Below the pieces are notes generated by a model. It saw only the letters and a program-made list of their open reading frames with translations, made no database searches and was not told the DNA's origin. This document shows, piece by piece, positions 1 through 10,027 of a stretch of 64,000 bases of DNA. Both the position numbers and the translations under genes were made by a program. How positions within the stretch are numbered: the stretch's first letter is position 1; each line of letters opens with the position of its first letter. This DNA is from Nitrospirota bacterium (GTDB taxonomy: Bacteria > Nitrospirota > UBA9217), in assembly GCA_035516175.1 (NCBI GenBank), contig DATJAO010000027.1, forward strand, positions 32,411-96,410, written 5' to 3'.

Positions 1-556
1 CGAGAGCTTTGCGCCCCACCGCTACGACCCGCTCTTTTCTCCCTTTGCCTCTGATGCGGATGATCTGATCGTGATGGTCGATGTCCTCGCGGTTCATACC
101 GGTAAGCTCGCTTGCCCGGATGCCGGTTGAGTAGAGGGTTTCGAGCACGGCACGGTCCCTGAGCACAGCATAGCGGTCCTCCGGCCTTTTATCCCCCGGC
201 GCTTCCATGAGCCGTTGCGCGTCGTCCGCAGTCAAGACCGCTGGGAGGCGCTTTTCCCGGCGCGGTGTCATAACGAGCCTCGCCGGGTTGTTTGTGAGAA
301 TGCCCTCTCGGTTCAAGTACTTAAAAAACGTCCTGATAGCCGAGAGCTTTCTGGCAATAGTGGATTTTCTCATCTTAAGCTTCATGAGATGAGCGATGAA
401 CTGTCGCAGGGCCTGATGGTCAACGTCAGAAAGATCGGTCTCCCCGAGGAAACCGTAGAACTGCTCAAGGTCGGCAAGGTAGCTCCGCTCAGTGTGGTGA
501 GAAACGTTTCTTTCAGTCCTAAGGTGATTGAGAAAGTCGAAGAGGTGCTTCCGCAT
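1..556 (-). CDS. xerC: Tyrosine recombinase XerC (5' part; runs off window start)
   Basis: Manual translation from ATG at 556: MRKHLFDFLNHLRTERNVSHHTERSYLADLEQF...RDRAVLETLYSTGIRASEL...IRIRGKGRKERVV (catalytic R and K regions); directly downstream of topA. Not in ORF track because it is truncated. Confidence 0.9.
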   Translation of the reverse strand, partial: MRKHLFDFLNHLRTERNVSHHTERSYLADLEQFYGFLGETDLSDVDHQALRQFIAHLMKLKMRKSTIARKLSAIRTFFKYLNREGILTNNPARLVMTPRREKRLPAVLTADDAQRLMEAPGDKRPEDRYAVLRDRAVLETLYSTGIRASELTGMNREDIDHHDQIIRIRGKGRKERVVAVGRKAL

Positions 557-633
557 AAAGATACTTTAACGTATCAGGTGAGATTTTGCAAGGGAGATAG
601 GGCTAAGGACATAGGACATGGGGCATCATGCAG

Positions 634-2943
634 CTATGTGTCGCTGCCTGCATGAGCTTGCACGTTGTTCGCTGCTCCCTGCAGGGCGGCGTCTGCCTTC
701 GGCTCTTCCTTATATCCGCACTCTTTCTTCAAGCAGGTGATGTAGGGGCCGGTCTTCTTGGAATATTTTTCCACGAGGATCGGTGCGCCGCACCGGGGGC
801 AGGGCCTCGACACTGGCTTGTACCAGATGGCGAACTTGCACGCAGGATAATTGGAACAGGAGTAGAACACCTTGCCGAAACGGGAACGACGTTCTACGAT
901 CTGCCCGCCGTCCTCGGGACAGATGACGCCCGTTGACATCCCCTGGGTATGGTTGCACTCGGGATAGCGCGAGCAGGCGAGGAACTTTCCGAACCGTCCC
1001 CGTTTAATGACCATGGGTGATCCGCACTTGGGACATTTTTCGTCAGTGGTCTCCTCGGGCGCGGCCTCAACCTCGCCGTTCTCCTTGCGTACGAAGGGTT
1101 TCGTGTTCTTGCAGTCCGGATATCCGCTGCACGCGAGGAACTGACCGTTCCGGCCCCACTTGATTATCATTGGCTTTCCGCATTTCTCACAGGTGATATC
1201 GGTAGGGGTTTGTTCGGACTTGAAATCCTTCATTTCGGCATGGGCCTTTTCAAGACTCTCGTTAAAGGGTTTGTAAAAGTCCTTCACCGCTTCGACCCAG
1301 CCCATCTGTCCTTCTTCGATCTTGTCGAGATCTTCTTCCATCCTGGCGGTGAAGGCGACATCCATAACGACGGGGAAGTGGTTCACGAGAAGTTCGTTCA
1401 CGAGCACGCCGAGCTCCGTGGGCCGGAACTTGTTCTCTGCCTTTTGGACATAATGCCGGTCCTGGATCGTGGATATGATGGCTGCATAGGTGCTTGGCCT
1501 TCCGATGCCTTTTTCTTCGAGCGTCTTGACGAGCAATGCCTCGGAAAAGCGCGGCGGCGGCTGTGTGAAGTGCTGCTTGGGATCGAGCTTGATGAGCGTG
1601 AGCGCCTCCCCCTCGGTCAGCGGCGGGAGAACAGCCTCGCCGTTCTCGTCATCCGATACCTGATCCTCGGGTTTCTCTTCCATATAGACGGCCATGAATC
1701 CAGGGAATTTTACTACCGAGCCGGTTGCCCGGAAGGTATAATCGCCGGCCTTAATATCAACAGAGGTCTGATCGATTACTGCGGGATTCATCTGACTCGC
1801 CATAAAACGGTTCCAGATGAGCTTGTACAGCCTGTACTGGTCGTTCTCAAGGTGCTCTTTGATCATATCGGGTTCGCGCATCGCCGACGTGGGACGAATG
1901 GCCTCGTGTGCCTCTTGGGCTGACTTTGCGCTGGCATACACAGGCGGTTTTTCCGGCAGATAGTCCTTGCCGTATTTTCCGGTGATAAGTTCCCGGGCCT
2001 CGTCCTGCGCCTCTTTGCCCACGCGAGTAGAGTCGGTCCTCATATAGGTGATGAGGCCGACGGTGCCTTCCTTGCCCACATCCACGCCTTCGTACAGCGA
2101 CTGGGCGATGCCCATCGTCCTCTTTGCGGTGAAACCGAGCTTGCGGCCGGCCTCCTGCTGAAGTTTGCTTGTCGTGAAGGGCGGCACAGGATTACGCCTG
2201 CGCTCCTTTTTTTCCACCTTGGCGACGCTGTAGGGTCTGCCTTGGAGATCGGCGAGGATTTTCTGCGCCTCCTCATTATTCTTGACCCTGAGCTTTTCTT
2301 CGTCTCTCTTGATGAGCTTGGCCTCGAACTGGGGAGGGGATTTACCTTCGAGGAGAGCGGTGAGGGACCAGAATTCCTCGGGCACGAAGGCCTTGATCTC
2401 TTCTTCGCGCTCGCAGATCAGCCGCAGTGCCACGGACTGCACGCGGCCGGCCGAGAGCCCGCGTCGCACCTTTTTCCAGAGGATGGGGCTGATCTGATAG
2501 CCGACGAGACGGTCAAGCACACGTCGTGCCTGCTGGGCATCGACCTTGTTCATATCAACGTTGCCCGGATGCTCAATGGCCAGGAGGATAGCCTTCTTGG
2601 TGATCTCATTGAACAGCACGCGGTAGACTTCAGCATCCTTTATGCTTCCCGAGATGACCTCGGCAATGTGCGCGGCAATTGCCTCACCCTCCCGATCGGG
2701 GTCGGTTGCGAGCAGGATGCGATCAGCTTTTTTCGCAGCAGACTTGAGCTCTTTTACGATCGGAGCCTTACCCTTGATCACGATGTATTTGGGCTCGAAG
2801 TCGTGCTCGATGTCCACGCCAAGCTTGCTCTTGGGGAGGTCCATGATGTGGCCAACGGAGGCCTTGACGATGTAATTCTTCCCCAGGTACTTGGCGATGG
2901 TCTTTGCTTTTGCCGGAGATTCTACTATGACGAGAGATTTCAT
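634..2943 (-). CDS. topA: DNA topoisomerase I (type IA) with C-terminal zinc ribbons
   Basis: Toprim LVIVESPAKAKTI, LATDPDREGEAIA, SAGRVQS, catalytic GLITYMRTDS, C4 zinc-finger repeats. Confidence 0.98.
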   Translation of the reverse strand: MKSLVIVESPAKAKTIAKYLGKNYIVKASVGHIMDLPKSKLGVDIEHDFEPKYIVIKGKAPIVKELKSAAKKADRILLATDPDREGEAIAAHIAEVISGSIKDAEVYRVLFNEITKKAILLAIEHPGNVDMNKVDAQQARRVLDRLVGYQISPILWKKVRRGLSAGRVQSVALRLICEREEEIKAFVPEEFWSLTALLEGKSPPQFEAKLIKRDEEKLRVKNNEEAQKILADLQGRPYSVAKVEKKERRRNPVPPFTTSKLQQEAGRKLGFTAKRTMGIAQSLYEGVDVGKEGTVGLITYMRTDSTRVGKEAQDEARELITGKYGKDYLPEKPPVYASAKSAQEAHEAIRPTSAMREPDMIKEHLENDQYRLYKLIWNRFMASQMNPAVIDQTSVDIKAGDYTFRATGSVVKFPGFMAVYMEEKPEDQVSDDENGEAVLPPLTEGEALTLIKLDPKQHFTQPPPRFSEALLVKTLEEKGIGRPSTYAAIISTIQDRHYVQKAENKFRPTELGVLVNELLVNHFPVVMDVAFTARMEEDLDKIEEGQMGWVEAVKDFYKPFNESLEKAHAEMKDFKSEQTPTDITCEKCGKPMIIKWGRNGQFLACSGYPDCKNTKPFVRKENGEVEAAPEETTDEKCPKCGSPMVIKRGRFGKFLACSRYPECNHTQGMSTGVICPEDGGQIVERRSRFGKVFYSCSNYPACKFAIWYKPVSRPCPRCGAPILVEKYSKKTGPYITCLKKECGYKEEPKADAALQGAANNVQAHAGSDT

Positions 2944-3036
2944 TCTATTAAAACCTTTTTACCGCGGTAAGCGACGAGGGTGTCCACTCCGGATTGGACA
3001 TTCAAACTTTTGTATCTCGGAGATGAATCAGTCTAT

Positions 3037-3540
3037 TTAATTCCACGCTGTGTCTTTGATGCGCCGGAGGTTCTCTGAAGCGCTCTGGTCCTTCTCTTCA
3101 GAACTGGCGAACAGGATGAATGCGATGAGGTTCTTGATATGGTCAAGTTCGATACGCTCTGTGTATACCGTCATGGCCTTTTCCAGGATATCCTCGCGCT
3201 GATCGTCGGAAATGATCCCGAGATGCGTTAGCTTTGAGACAAAGCCGAAGGCATCGATCGTGAACCGATCTCGTTCTTCCCGGTTCATTGTTCTCATCCG
3301 GATGGAAGGTGCGGTTTTCCTCGGCATGAAGAAACTTTCAGACTGTTTCTGTACGAGGGTTTGCATGAGCGTGAGCGCAGCGTCCGCCTCATGGAGACGG
3401 TATCCACTGTTGAGCAAGGCCTGCATGATTTTCCCTTCCTTGTCAAACAGGTCCTGCTTGTCCCGTACCTGGTCCGCAATGAGAGAGAACAGGTTCATCA
3501 TCAGTTCATCCAAGAAAACACTCCTTATCGCATAAACCAC
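3037..3540 (-). CDS. smg: DUF494/Smg family protein
   Basis: 167 aa ORF (start may be ~3501) immediately upstream of topA, matching the conserved dprA-smg-topA order; LLNSGYRLHEADAALTLM and RMRTMNREERDRF resemble DUF494. Confidence 0.7.
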   Translation of the reverse strand: MVYAIRSVFLDELMMNLFSLIADQVRDKQDLFDKEGKIMQALLNSGYRLHEADAALTLMQTLVQKQSESFFMPRKTAPSIRMRTMNREERDRFTIDAFGFVSKLTHLGIISDDQREDILEKAMTVYTERIELDHIKNLIAFILFASSEEKDQSASENLRRIKDTAWN

Positions 3541-3624
3541 TGAGTCATAAAGATCACGGAGTAAACATAATGTGTTTCGCCCTGCTTCTTCGCGCTTCCT
3601 TCATAGCTTCACGTTAGCAGAACT

Positions 3625-3790
3625 TTAATCATACTGCATATAATACTTCTCCGGGAGCTGTTTTACCAGTCCTTTCAGTTCCAGGTTAATCAAACCCCCG
3701 CTCAGCTCGCCAGAGGCGTGCGGCATTTGTTCATGATCAAATCGACATACTTCGGTTCATTCGGAAGAATGCCGGATGAATGTTTTATTT
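3625..3790 (-). pseudogene. dprA: Remnant of dprA (C-terminal winged-helix only, frameshifted)
   Basis: Minus strand reads ILPNEPKYVDLIMNK, then in a shifted frame GELSGGLINLELKGLVKQLPEKYY...stop at 3625; resembles the DprA C-terminus and lies at the syntenic position upstream of smg-topA. Confidence 0.65.
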
Positions 3791-4025
3791 CATGAGTATG
3801 TCCGTTGTCCGGTCGTATTCTGCACTTAAGGGTAGAAATTATACAGACTCACGAAAGATAGTCAAGGCTTTTTTTGGACAGAAGTCAGGGGATGTTTCTC
3901 GGATTATTCCATTGAACATCACCGGTGTGCCACTCTGTTTCTTGTTTTTTATAAGGACAGGCTTGATAAAAGTTGGTATAATGCTTTTATATTACTTTTA
4001 ATTACGGGTTCTCTTTGGTGAAACA

Positions 4026-5420
4026 GTGAACAATAAGTTGCAGAAAGTGTCCCCGTCGGGGCAAAAATGGGCTGATATTTTCAACCACATCAAGATAGGG
4101 GTCGTGATCGTGGGCCCGGATGCAAAGACGCTGGATATGATGAACCAGGCCTTTGCCGTCATGCACGGATATACCGTCGATGAACTGACCGGAAGACCGA
4201 TAGGCGACATCACGGGGCCCGAGGGCCGTGCGGAACTGCAGCGACAGCTCAGCACGATCATGCAGAAGGGGAGCTATGTTTTTGATGCTATCAATATTCG
4301 CAACGATGGCACCACGTTTCCGGTTCAGGTAGACGTGGCGGCGGTGAAAGACGGTGGCGGGAATGTTGTGTACTACGTCATCAACATGCTGGACATTTCG
4401 GAGAGAAAGCAGGTCGAGGAGATTCTGCGTTTTGCCGCGCGCCGGTGGCGGACCACGTTTGATGCCATGAAGGAAATGGTCTTTCTGCTGGACCGGGAAG
4501 GAAAGATCAAACGTTGCAACAGCGCAACGGCGGCGTACTTCGACAAACCTTTTGAGGAGATCAACGGCCGTGATTGCTGCGAGTTCATTCATGGGACAAC
4601 GGTCCTGGCCGAAGAATGCCCTTTTCAGCGCATGCTCCAGACAAAACGCCGGGAGCAAATCGTCCTGCAACGAGGAGAAGAATGGTTCGATGTCGTTGTT
4701 GACCCGCTTCTCGATGATGCGGGAGCTGTCAACGGCGCTGTCCATATCATGTACGATATCACCGAACGGAAACGGGCCGAGGAACGGATCAGGGCGTCTC
4801 TCGGAGAGAAGGAAATTCTTTTAAAGGAAATTCATCACCGCGTAAAGAACAACCTGCAGGTCATCATGAGCCTCCTGCGGCACCAGGCGGAATACGCGCA
4901 GGACCAGAAGATTCATGATATATTCCTCGAAAGCCAGAGCCGTATTAAAGCCATGTCATTCATCCATGAAAAACTGTACCAGTCCGATAATCTGGCAAAG
5001 GTTGACCTCCGCGATTATATCAGCAGCCTTGCGAAGAATCTGTTCAGTACCTATAAAGTAAATGCCGCTCAGATACAGCTGGCAGTAGATGCCGATGACA
5101 TTTCCCTGGGAGTTGATACCGCCATTCCGTGCGGGCTGATCATCAATGAACTGGTTTCAAATTCCCTAAAGCATGCGTTTCCCGATAATCGGACCGGCAG
5201 GATCGCCATAACGGTTCGTCCGGTCAGACCGGGAGAACTCGAACTGGTGGTTGGCGATGATGGGGTCGGTATCCCAATGGACCTGGATATTGTAAATGCC
5301 AAATCGCTGGGATTGCATCTCGTAACCCTCTTGGCCAAAAACCAGCTCCGTGGCCACATCGAGATGATGAGAAACAGAGGAACATGTTTCAGAATTCGGT
5401 TTAAAGGGGTAGAGGCATGA
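4026..5420 (+). CDS. Dual-PAS sensor histidine kinase (HisKA_2/HWE-type)
   Basis: Two PAS/PAC blocks, LLKEIHHRVKNNLQVI H-box, NELVSNSLKHAF, DDGVG, SLGLHLV. Confidence 0.92.
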   Translation: MNNKLQKVSPSGQKWADIFNHIKIGVVIVGPDAKTLDMMNQAFAVMHGYTVDELTGRPIGDITGPEGRAELQRQLSTIMQKGSYVFDAINIRNDGTTFPVQVDVAAVKDGGGNVVYYVINMLDISERKQVEEILRFAARRWRTTFDAMKEMVFLLDREGKIKRCNSATAAYFDKPFEEINGRDCCEFIHGTTVLAEECPFQRMLQTKRREQIVLQRGEEWFDVVVDPLLDDAGAVNGAVHIMYDITERKRAEERIRASLGEKEILLKEIHHRVKNNLQVIMSLLRHQAEYAQDQKIHDIFLESQSRIKAMSFIHEKLYQSDNLAKVDLRDYISSLAKNLFSTYKVNAAQIQLAVDADDISLGVDTAIPCGLIINELVSNSLKHAFPDNRTGRIAITVRPVRPGELELVVGDDGVGIPMDLDIVNAKSLGLHLVTLLAKNQLRGHIEMMRNRGTCFRIRFKGVEA

Positions 5421-7678
5421 AAAAAGGCACAATCTTTGTCGTTGAAGACGAGGTCATCATCGCCGATGATATTAAAAGCTATTTGCAAAAATTCGGCTAC
5501 AAGGTCCCCTTGATAGCAACGTCGGGAGAAGAGGCGCTGAAAAGGGTGCGCGACGTACGGCCTGACCTGGTCCTCATGGACATTGTATTGCGCGGCGAGA
5601 TGGATGGAATTGAAACGGCAGAAAGGATTCGATCCGAATTCGATATCCCTATTGTATACCTTACCGCTTTTGCCGATGATGAAACCCTGGAACGGGCGAA
5701 AATAACAGAGCCGTTCGGGTACATCATCAAACCCTTTGAGGAGCGGGACCTGTATACGACCATCGAGATGGCTCTCTACAAACACAAGATGGAGAGAAAA
5801 TTAAAAGAGAGCGAAGCGAAATTCCGCCGTATCGTGGAAACAGCGCAAGAGGGCATCTGGGTGCTGGATACGGAGGACAGGACAACGTATGTCAACAAGC
5901 GTATGGCGGAGATGCTTGGATACCGCGAGGACGAGATGATCGGGAGGAAGCTCGTAGACTTCCTCATCGAGAAGGAGCATTCCAGGGTGCCACGGGGTTT
6001 TGAGCCCCTCATGTCGGGAAGCAGAGAAGTACTCGATTTCAAATTCCACCGGAGAGACGGCTCATTCCTCTGGGGGATGCTTTCCACCACACCGATTCAG
6101 GATTCCGATGGCCGGGTCATCGGATTCTTGGGCATGATCACCGATGTGACCGAGCGGAAACGGGCGACGGCGGCGATACAAGAATCTCATGAAAGACTCT
6201 TAACAATCCTGGAGAGTCTGGACGCCATCGTTTATGTTGCGGACATGGAGACGCATGAGGTCTTGTTCGCGAATAATTATGCGCAGAAAGTGTTCGGCGA
6301 CGTGGCCGGCAAAGTATGCTGGGATACGTTCCGGAAGGGACAGGACGGGCCTAGCAAATCCTGCACGAACGACAAGCTACTCACAGCCGACGGTAAGCCC
6401 GCGGGCGTATGCACTTGGGAATTTCAGAACACCGTCACGGGCAAATGGTTCGATATTCGGGCTCGGGCCATCCCGTGGGTAGACGGCCGTATGGTCCGTC
6501 TGGAGATCGCAACAGACATTACCGCACGCAGAAGGATGGAAGAAGAGCTCATCAAGTCGCAGAAGCTTGAATCCATCGGCATTCTTGCCGGCGGCATCGC
6601 CCATGACTTCAATAACGTCCTGACCGGCATTATGGGCAATATCTCACTGGTATTGCTCGACAGGGACCTGTCGGAAAAGACTCAAAAGAGATTATCCGAG
6701 GCTGAAAAATCCTGCATCAGGGCAAAAGATCTTACCCAGCGGCTGCTCACTTTCGCAAGGGGCGGAGCTCCGGTCAAGAAAATCTCTTCCGTGTCTTCAT
6801 TGCTTAAAGATGCGGCCAGTTTTGCGCTTACGGGAACGACGGCCAAGAGTGAATTTTCTCTGCCCGGTGAGTACTGTTATGCTGAAATAGACGAGGGGCA
6901 GATGCGTCAGGTCATTCATAATATCATCATCAATGCCGTCGAGTCCATGCCCCAGGGAGGTACGGTAAAGGTGGCCTGTCAGAAAATTAAGCTGAATGCG
7001 GAGGATGGTATTCCTCTTCAAGCGGGGGACTATGCGAAAATATCCATCCAGGACGCGGGGACAGGGATATCTCCAGAACATCTGCCGAAGATTTTTGATC
7101 CTTATTTCACGACGAAGGAGAAGCGGGCGGGGATGGGTCTCGCCACCGCTTATTCCATCATTAAGAACCACGGGGGCTACATTACTGCGGAGTCAAAGCC
7201 GGGGAAAGGGACGACCATTTTTATCTACCTTCCCATTGTCATGATGGAACCTGCGCCATTAAAGGTCGAGGACGTAAAGTTCCCCTTCAGCAGCGGCAGG
7301 GTTCTGATCATGGATGACGAAGAGATCATCAGAAACGTCGTCGGCGAGATGCTCATGCACCTGGGATACGAGGTCGGATTTGCGGAAGACGGTGCCGAGG
7401 CGATCAGGCTCTATCGAGAGGCGATGGCAGCTTCCCGGCCATTTCATGCGGTCATTATGGACCTGACAATTCCGGGAGGAATGGGCGGCAAAGAGGCCAT
7501 TGCAAAGCTGCGAGAAATCGATTCTCATGTGAAGGCCATCGTCTCGAGCGGGTATTCAAACGACCCTGTCATGGCCAACTTCAAAGAATACGGCTTTGTC
7601 GGCGTTGTTACGAAACCGTATAAAATGAAGGACATGAACGAGACTCTTAGGCGGGTGCTTGCGCAGTCGAATTCATAA
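5417..7678 (+). CDS. Hybrid kinase REC-PAS-PAS-HisKA-HATPase-REC
   Basis: N-terminal REC (VVEDE, LVLMDIVL), PAS domains, AGGIAHDFNN H-box, DPYFTTK/GMGL, C-terminal REC (IMDDE, MDLTIPGG); 4-bp overlap with upstream kinase. Confidence 0.93.
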   Translation: MKKGTIFVVEDEVIIADDIKSYLQKFGYKVPLIATSGEEALKRVRDVRPDLVLMDIVLRGEMDGIETAERIRSEFDIPIVYLTAFADDETLERAKITEPFGYIIKPFEERDLYTTIEMALYKHKMERKLKESEAKFRRIVETAQEGIWVLDTEDRTTYVNKRMAEMLGYREDEMIGRKLVDFLIEKEHSRVPRGFEPLMSGSREVLDFKFHRRDGSFLWGMLSTTPIQDSDGRVIGFLGMITDVTERKRATAAIQESHERLLTILESLDAIVYVADMETHEVLFANNYAQKVFGDVAGKVCWDTFRKGQDGPSKSCTNDKLLTADGKPAGVCTWEFQNTVTGKWFDIRARAIPWVDGRMVRLEIATDITARRRMEEELIKSQKLESIGILAGGIAHDFNNVLTGIMGNISLVLLDRDLSEKTQKRLSEAEKSCIRAKDLTQRLLTFARGGAPVKKISSVSSLLKDAASFALTGTTAKSEFSLPGEYCYAEIDEGQMRQVIHNIIINAVESMPQGGTVKVACQKIKLNAEDGIPLQAGDYAKISIQDAGTGISPEHLPKIFDPYFTTKEKRAGMGLATAYSIIKNHGGYITAESKPGKGTTIFIYLPIVMMEPAPLKVEDVKFPFSSGRVLIMDDEEIIRNVVGEMLMHLGYEVGFAEDGAEAIRLYREAMAASRPFHAVIMDLTIPGGMGGKEAIAKLREIDSHVKAIVSSGYSNDPVMANFKEYGFVGVVTKPYKMKDMNETLRRVLAQSNS

Positions 7679-7803
7679 CCGATCCATTTCTGCCGTTCGA
7701 TATTCTCCCGGCGTGCGTGTCCGATATCAGGCATTTCCGTGGTCGTATGCGGGCGCTGGATGATTTCGGACGGGGCGCCCCGGCCGGCCAGCACAAGGTG
7801 CAT
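7675..7803 (-). pseudogene. Possible eroded C-terminal fragment of cob(I)yrinic acid a,c-diamide adenosyltransferase (CobO/BtuR)
   Basis: HLVLAGRGAPSEIIQRPHTTTEMPDIGHARRENIERQKWIGY parallels the CobO C-terminal pattern xLVLTGRxAPxELIxxADLVTEMxxIKH...QKGIEY; no N-terminal part present. Confidence 0.45.
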
Positions 7804-7822
7804 GTGCGGCGGTCAGCTGGAT

Positions 7823-8458
7823 TCATATGTTTTTCGATGGGCAGATGTCGTACAGAACGCATGCCTGGTGGTTCGGCTTCTTCGCCTGGCATATCTTACG
7901 GCCGTGAAAGATAAGGAGATGCGACAGATTCCCCCATTCCTTTTTGGGGGTGATGGGCATCAGGTCGTTTTCGATCTTTAAGGGGTCCTCATCCTTCGTG
8001 AGCCCGAGTCTGCTGGCGAGCCTCTTCACGTGCGTGTCCACGGCGATCCCCTCATTGATCCCAAAGGCGCTCGATAGCACGATATTCGCTGTTTTCCGGG
8101 CCACACCGGGCAGGGTGATGAGTTCGTCCATGGCCTGCGGCACGTTCCCGCCGAATTTCTCGAGTATCATCTTCGCTGCCTTGTTGATGCTTTTCGCCTT
8201 ATTGTTAAAGAAGTTCACGGAACGGATGTCCTTGGCGAGTTTTTCGGGCGTGGTGTCCGCGAAGTCCCTAACGGTCCGGTATTTTTTGAACAGATCCTCA
8301 GTCACCTTGTTGACGAGCACATCCGTCGTCTGCGCCGAGAGGATGGTCGCGATAAGGAGCTCGAATGGTGACGTGAACCGGAGCGCAGTCTGCGGCGTGC
8401 CGTCATACTCCTTTTTCAGCCTCTTAAGAATGATCGTTATCATGTCCCGCTTGTCCAT
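7823..8458 (-). CDS. nth: Endonuclease III
   Basis: LIATILSAQTTD, HhH LPGVARKTANIVL, AVDTHVKR, 4Fe-4S motif CQAKKPNHQACVLYDIC (second Cys position is His). Confidence 0.95.
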   Translation of the reverse strand: MDKRDMITIILKRLKKEYDGTPQTALRFTSPFELLIATILSAQTTDVLVNKVTEDLFKKYRTVRDFADTTPEKLAKDIRSVNFFNNKAKSINKAAKMILEKFGGNVPQAMDELITLPGVARKTANIVLSSAFGINEGIAVDTHVKRLASRLGLTKDEDPLKIENDLMPITPKKEWGNLSHLLIFHGRKICQAKKPNHQACVLYDICPSKNI

Positions 8459-8696
8459 AGTCCCTCCTTTGACTGCCTTTTTTCGCTCCGATAATCTGAA
8501 ATACCAGTATCATCTGCTCTGCATCGGCACGTGCAGAATGGGGTAAACGGTATTCCCTCGTGCCTTCCTTCGAGAGCGGAGTGATCAAAAATCCCCTCAA
8601 CCGTAGCAATTGCCGCTCCCCTCTCAGGACTTGTCTCGCGAACAATCTGTGAACAGAACGGGATACACTATTCTTCGTTGCGCTGAGAATTATTTT

Positions 8697-9374
8697 TTAA
8701 TGGAACAGCCGGGTCCTGTTCTTTAAAAGATATGTCAATGTCCTCGATTCAACAAATCCCGGATTCCTGTTCCGCTCGAAGAACGCCTTGAGGTCTTCCA
8801 GGGTATCCACGTCTTTCCACTGCGGTACGAGATGCACGCGGAGCGATGATTCGTGCAGGATGTCCATGGTTTTTCGAAAGACCGTGTCCGTGCTCCATGG
8901 GATCCCCCGAAAAATACTCGGCTGAAACGATCTCTGGTTAAAACCGATCAGGTAATACCCGCCGTCATCTGCAGGTCCGATTACGGCATCGTTCTCGTTG
9001 AGCGATTCAAGGGCCTCATGGAAGACCGCTGGCGTGAGGTCCGGTATGTCGCTTCCGATGAGTATGGCGCTCGTATATCCTTCCAAGAATGTTTTCCTGA
9101 ACGCCAGCTCCATTCTCTCTCCCAGATCGCTTCCGTCCTGGGGCACGGCTGGATAGCCGACGAGCCACGTCGTAATCGCTTCTTTCGCGTCAGGCGGATA
9201 GAAGAAGATCCTGAAAGGATAGCCTGACGTTCTTAGAGCGTCAATGATATCGAGAATGAAGTTCTTGTAGAGCGCGAGCGCAGCCTCTTCGCCCACCGCC
9301 GCGGCCAGGCGTGATTTCACTCGGCCCGTGAACGGAGCCTTGATGAAGAGGAGTACAATCGGTTTGTCAGGCAT
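8697..9374 (-). CDS. TIGR04282/DUF2064 family glycosyltransferase-like protein (rSAM/selenodomain-associated transferase 1)
   Basis: FIKAPFTGRVKSRL, QDGSDLGERM, LIGSDIP, VIGPADDGGYYLIG, DVDTLEDL. Confidence 0.9.
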   Translation of the reverse strand: MPDKPIVLLFIKAPFTGRVKSRLAAAVGEEAALALYKNFILDIIDALRTSGYPFRIFFYPPDAKEAITTWLVGYPAVPQDGSDLGERMELAFRKTFLEGYTSAILIGSDIPDLTPAVFHEALESLNENDAVIGPADDGGYYLIGFNQRSFQPSIFRGIPWSTDTVFRKTMDILHESSLRVHLVPQWKDVDTLEDLKAFFERNRNPGFVESRTLTYLLKNRTRLFH

Positions 9375-9702
9375 GTTTGAACAACGATTTAATCAGGATC
9401 CCGTGCTTCGAGTGAAGGATGTGATTTCTTCCTTCATCACAATCATGTTGATGTCATGGATAAGCGGTCTTGTCAGACCATGCTCTTAATTATTGAGTAT
9501 TGCATAAATATACGTCCAATTCAAGGGCCATACAGGACAGATAGACACAATATTTGCAGGTGACCGAAAGGAGGCGTTTCTATCGAATGCTGATTGCTCA
9601 TAAGTATAAATAGTTTAAGATACGTATTTGGTTCATCCCCGTTGTGTGAAAGAGTTATAATATAATAAAGCTTTCCCCAAGGGGAGGGAAAAAGGAACGA
9701 CG

Positions 9703-9933
9703 ATGTCCAAAGAGGATTTCATAGAAGCTGAAGGAAAGATCCTCGAGGCGCTTCACGGTGGATTGTTCAAGGTCGAGCTGGACACAGGACAGGTGATCCT
9801 GGCGCATCTTGCAGGGAAGATGCGGATACATCATGTCAGGATTGTGACGGGCGATAGGGTGAGGGTCGAGTTGTCTGTTTATGATCTGACGCGAGGAAGG
9901 ATTACGTATCGACTGAAACACGAGGCTGCATGA
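9703..9933 (+). CDS. infA: Translation initiation factor IF-1 (stand-alone, probably a paralog)
   Basis: [11 protein letters not shown]...LAHLAGKMR...[21 protein letters not shown]. Confidence 0.93.
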   Translation: MSKEDFIEAEGKILEALHGGLFKVELDTGQVILAHLAGKMRIHHVRIVTGDRVRVELSVYDLTRGRITYRLKHEAA

Positions 9934-10027
9934 GCGCCGGAGTGCTTTACCTCCACACATTCCTGATAATTTCGGAATTGTGCTTTCCGTCTGTTATGTC
10001 CACGCGAACCCCCTCATTTGAATACTT

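Noticed and set aside
215-655. 146-aa plus-strand ORF
   Set aside because: Antisense shadow of xerC, whose motifs are clear on the minus strand.
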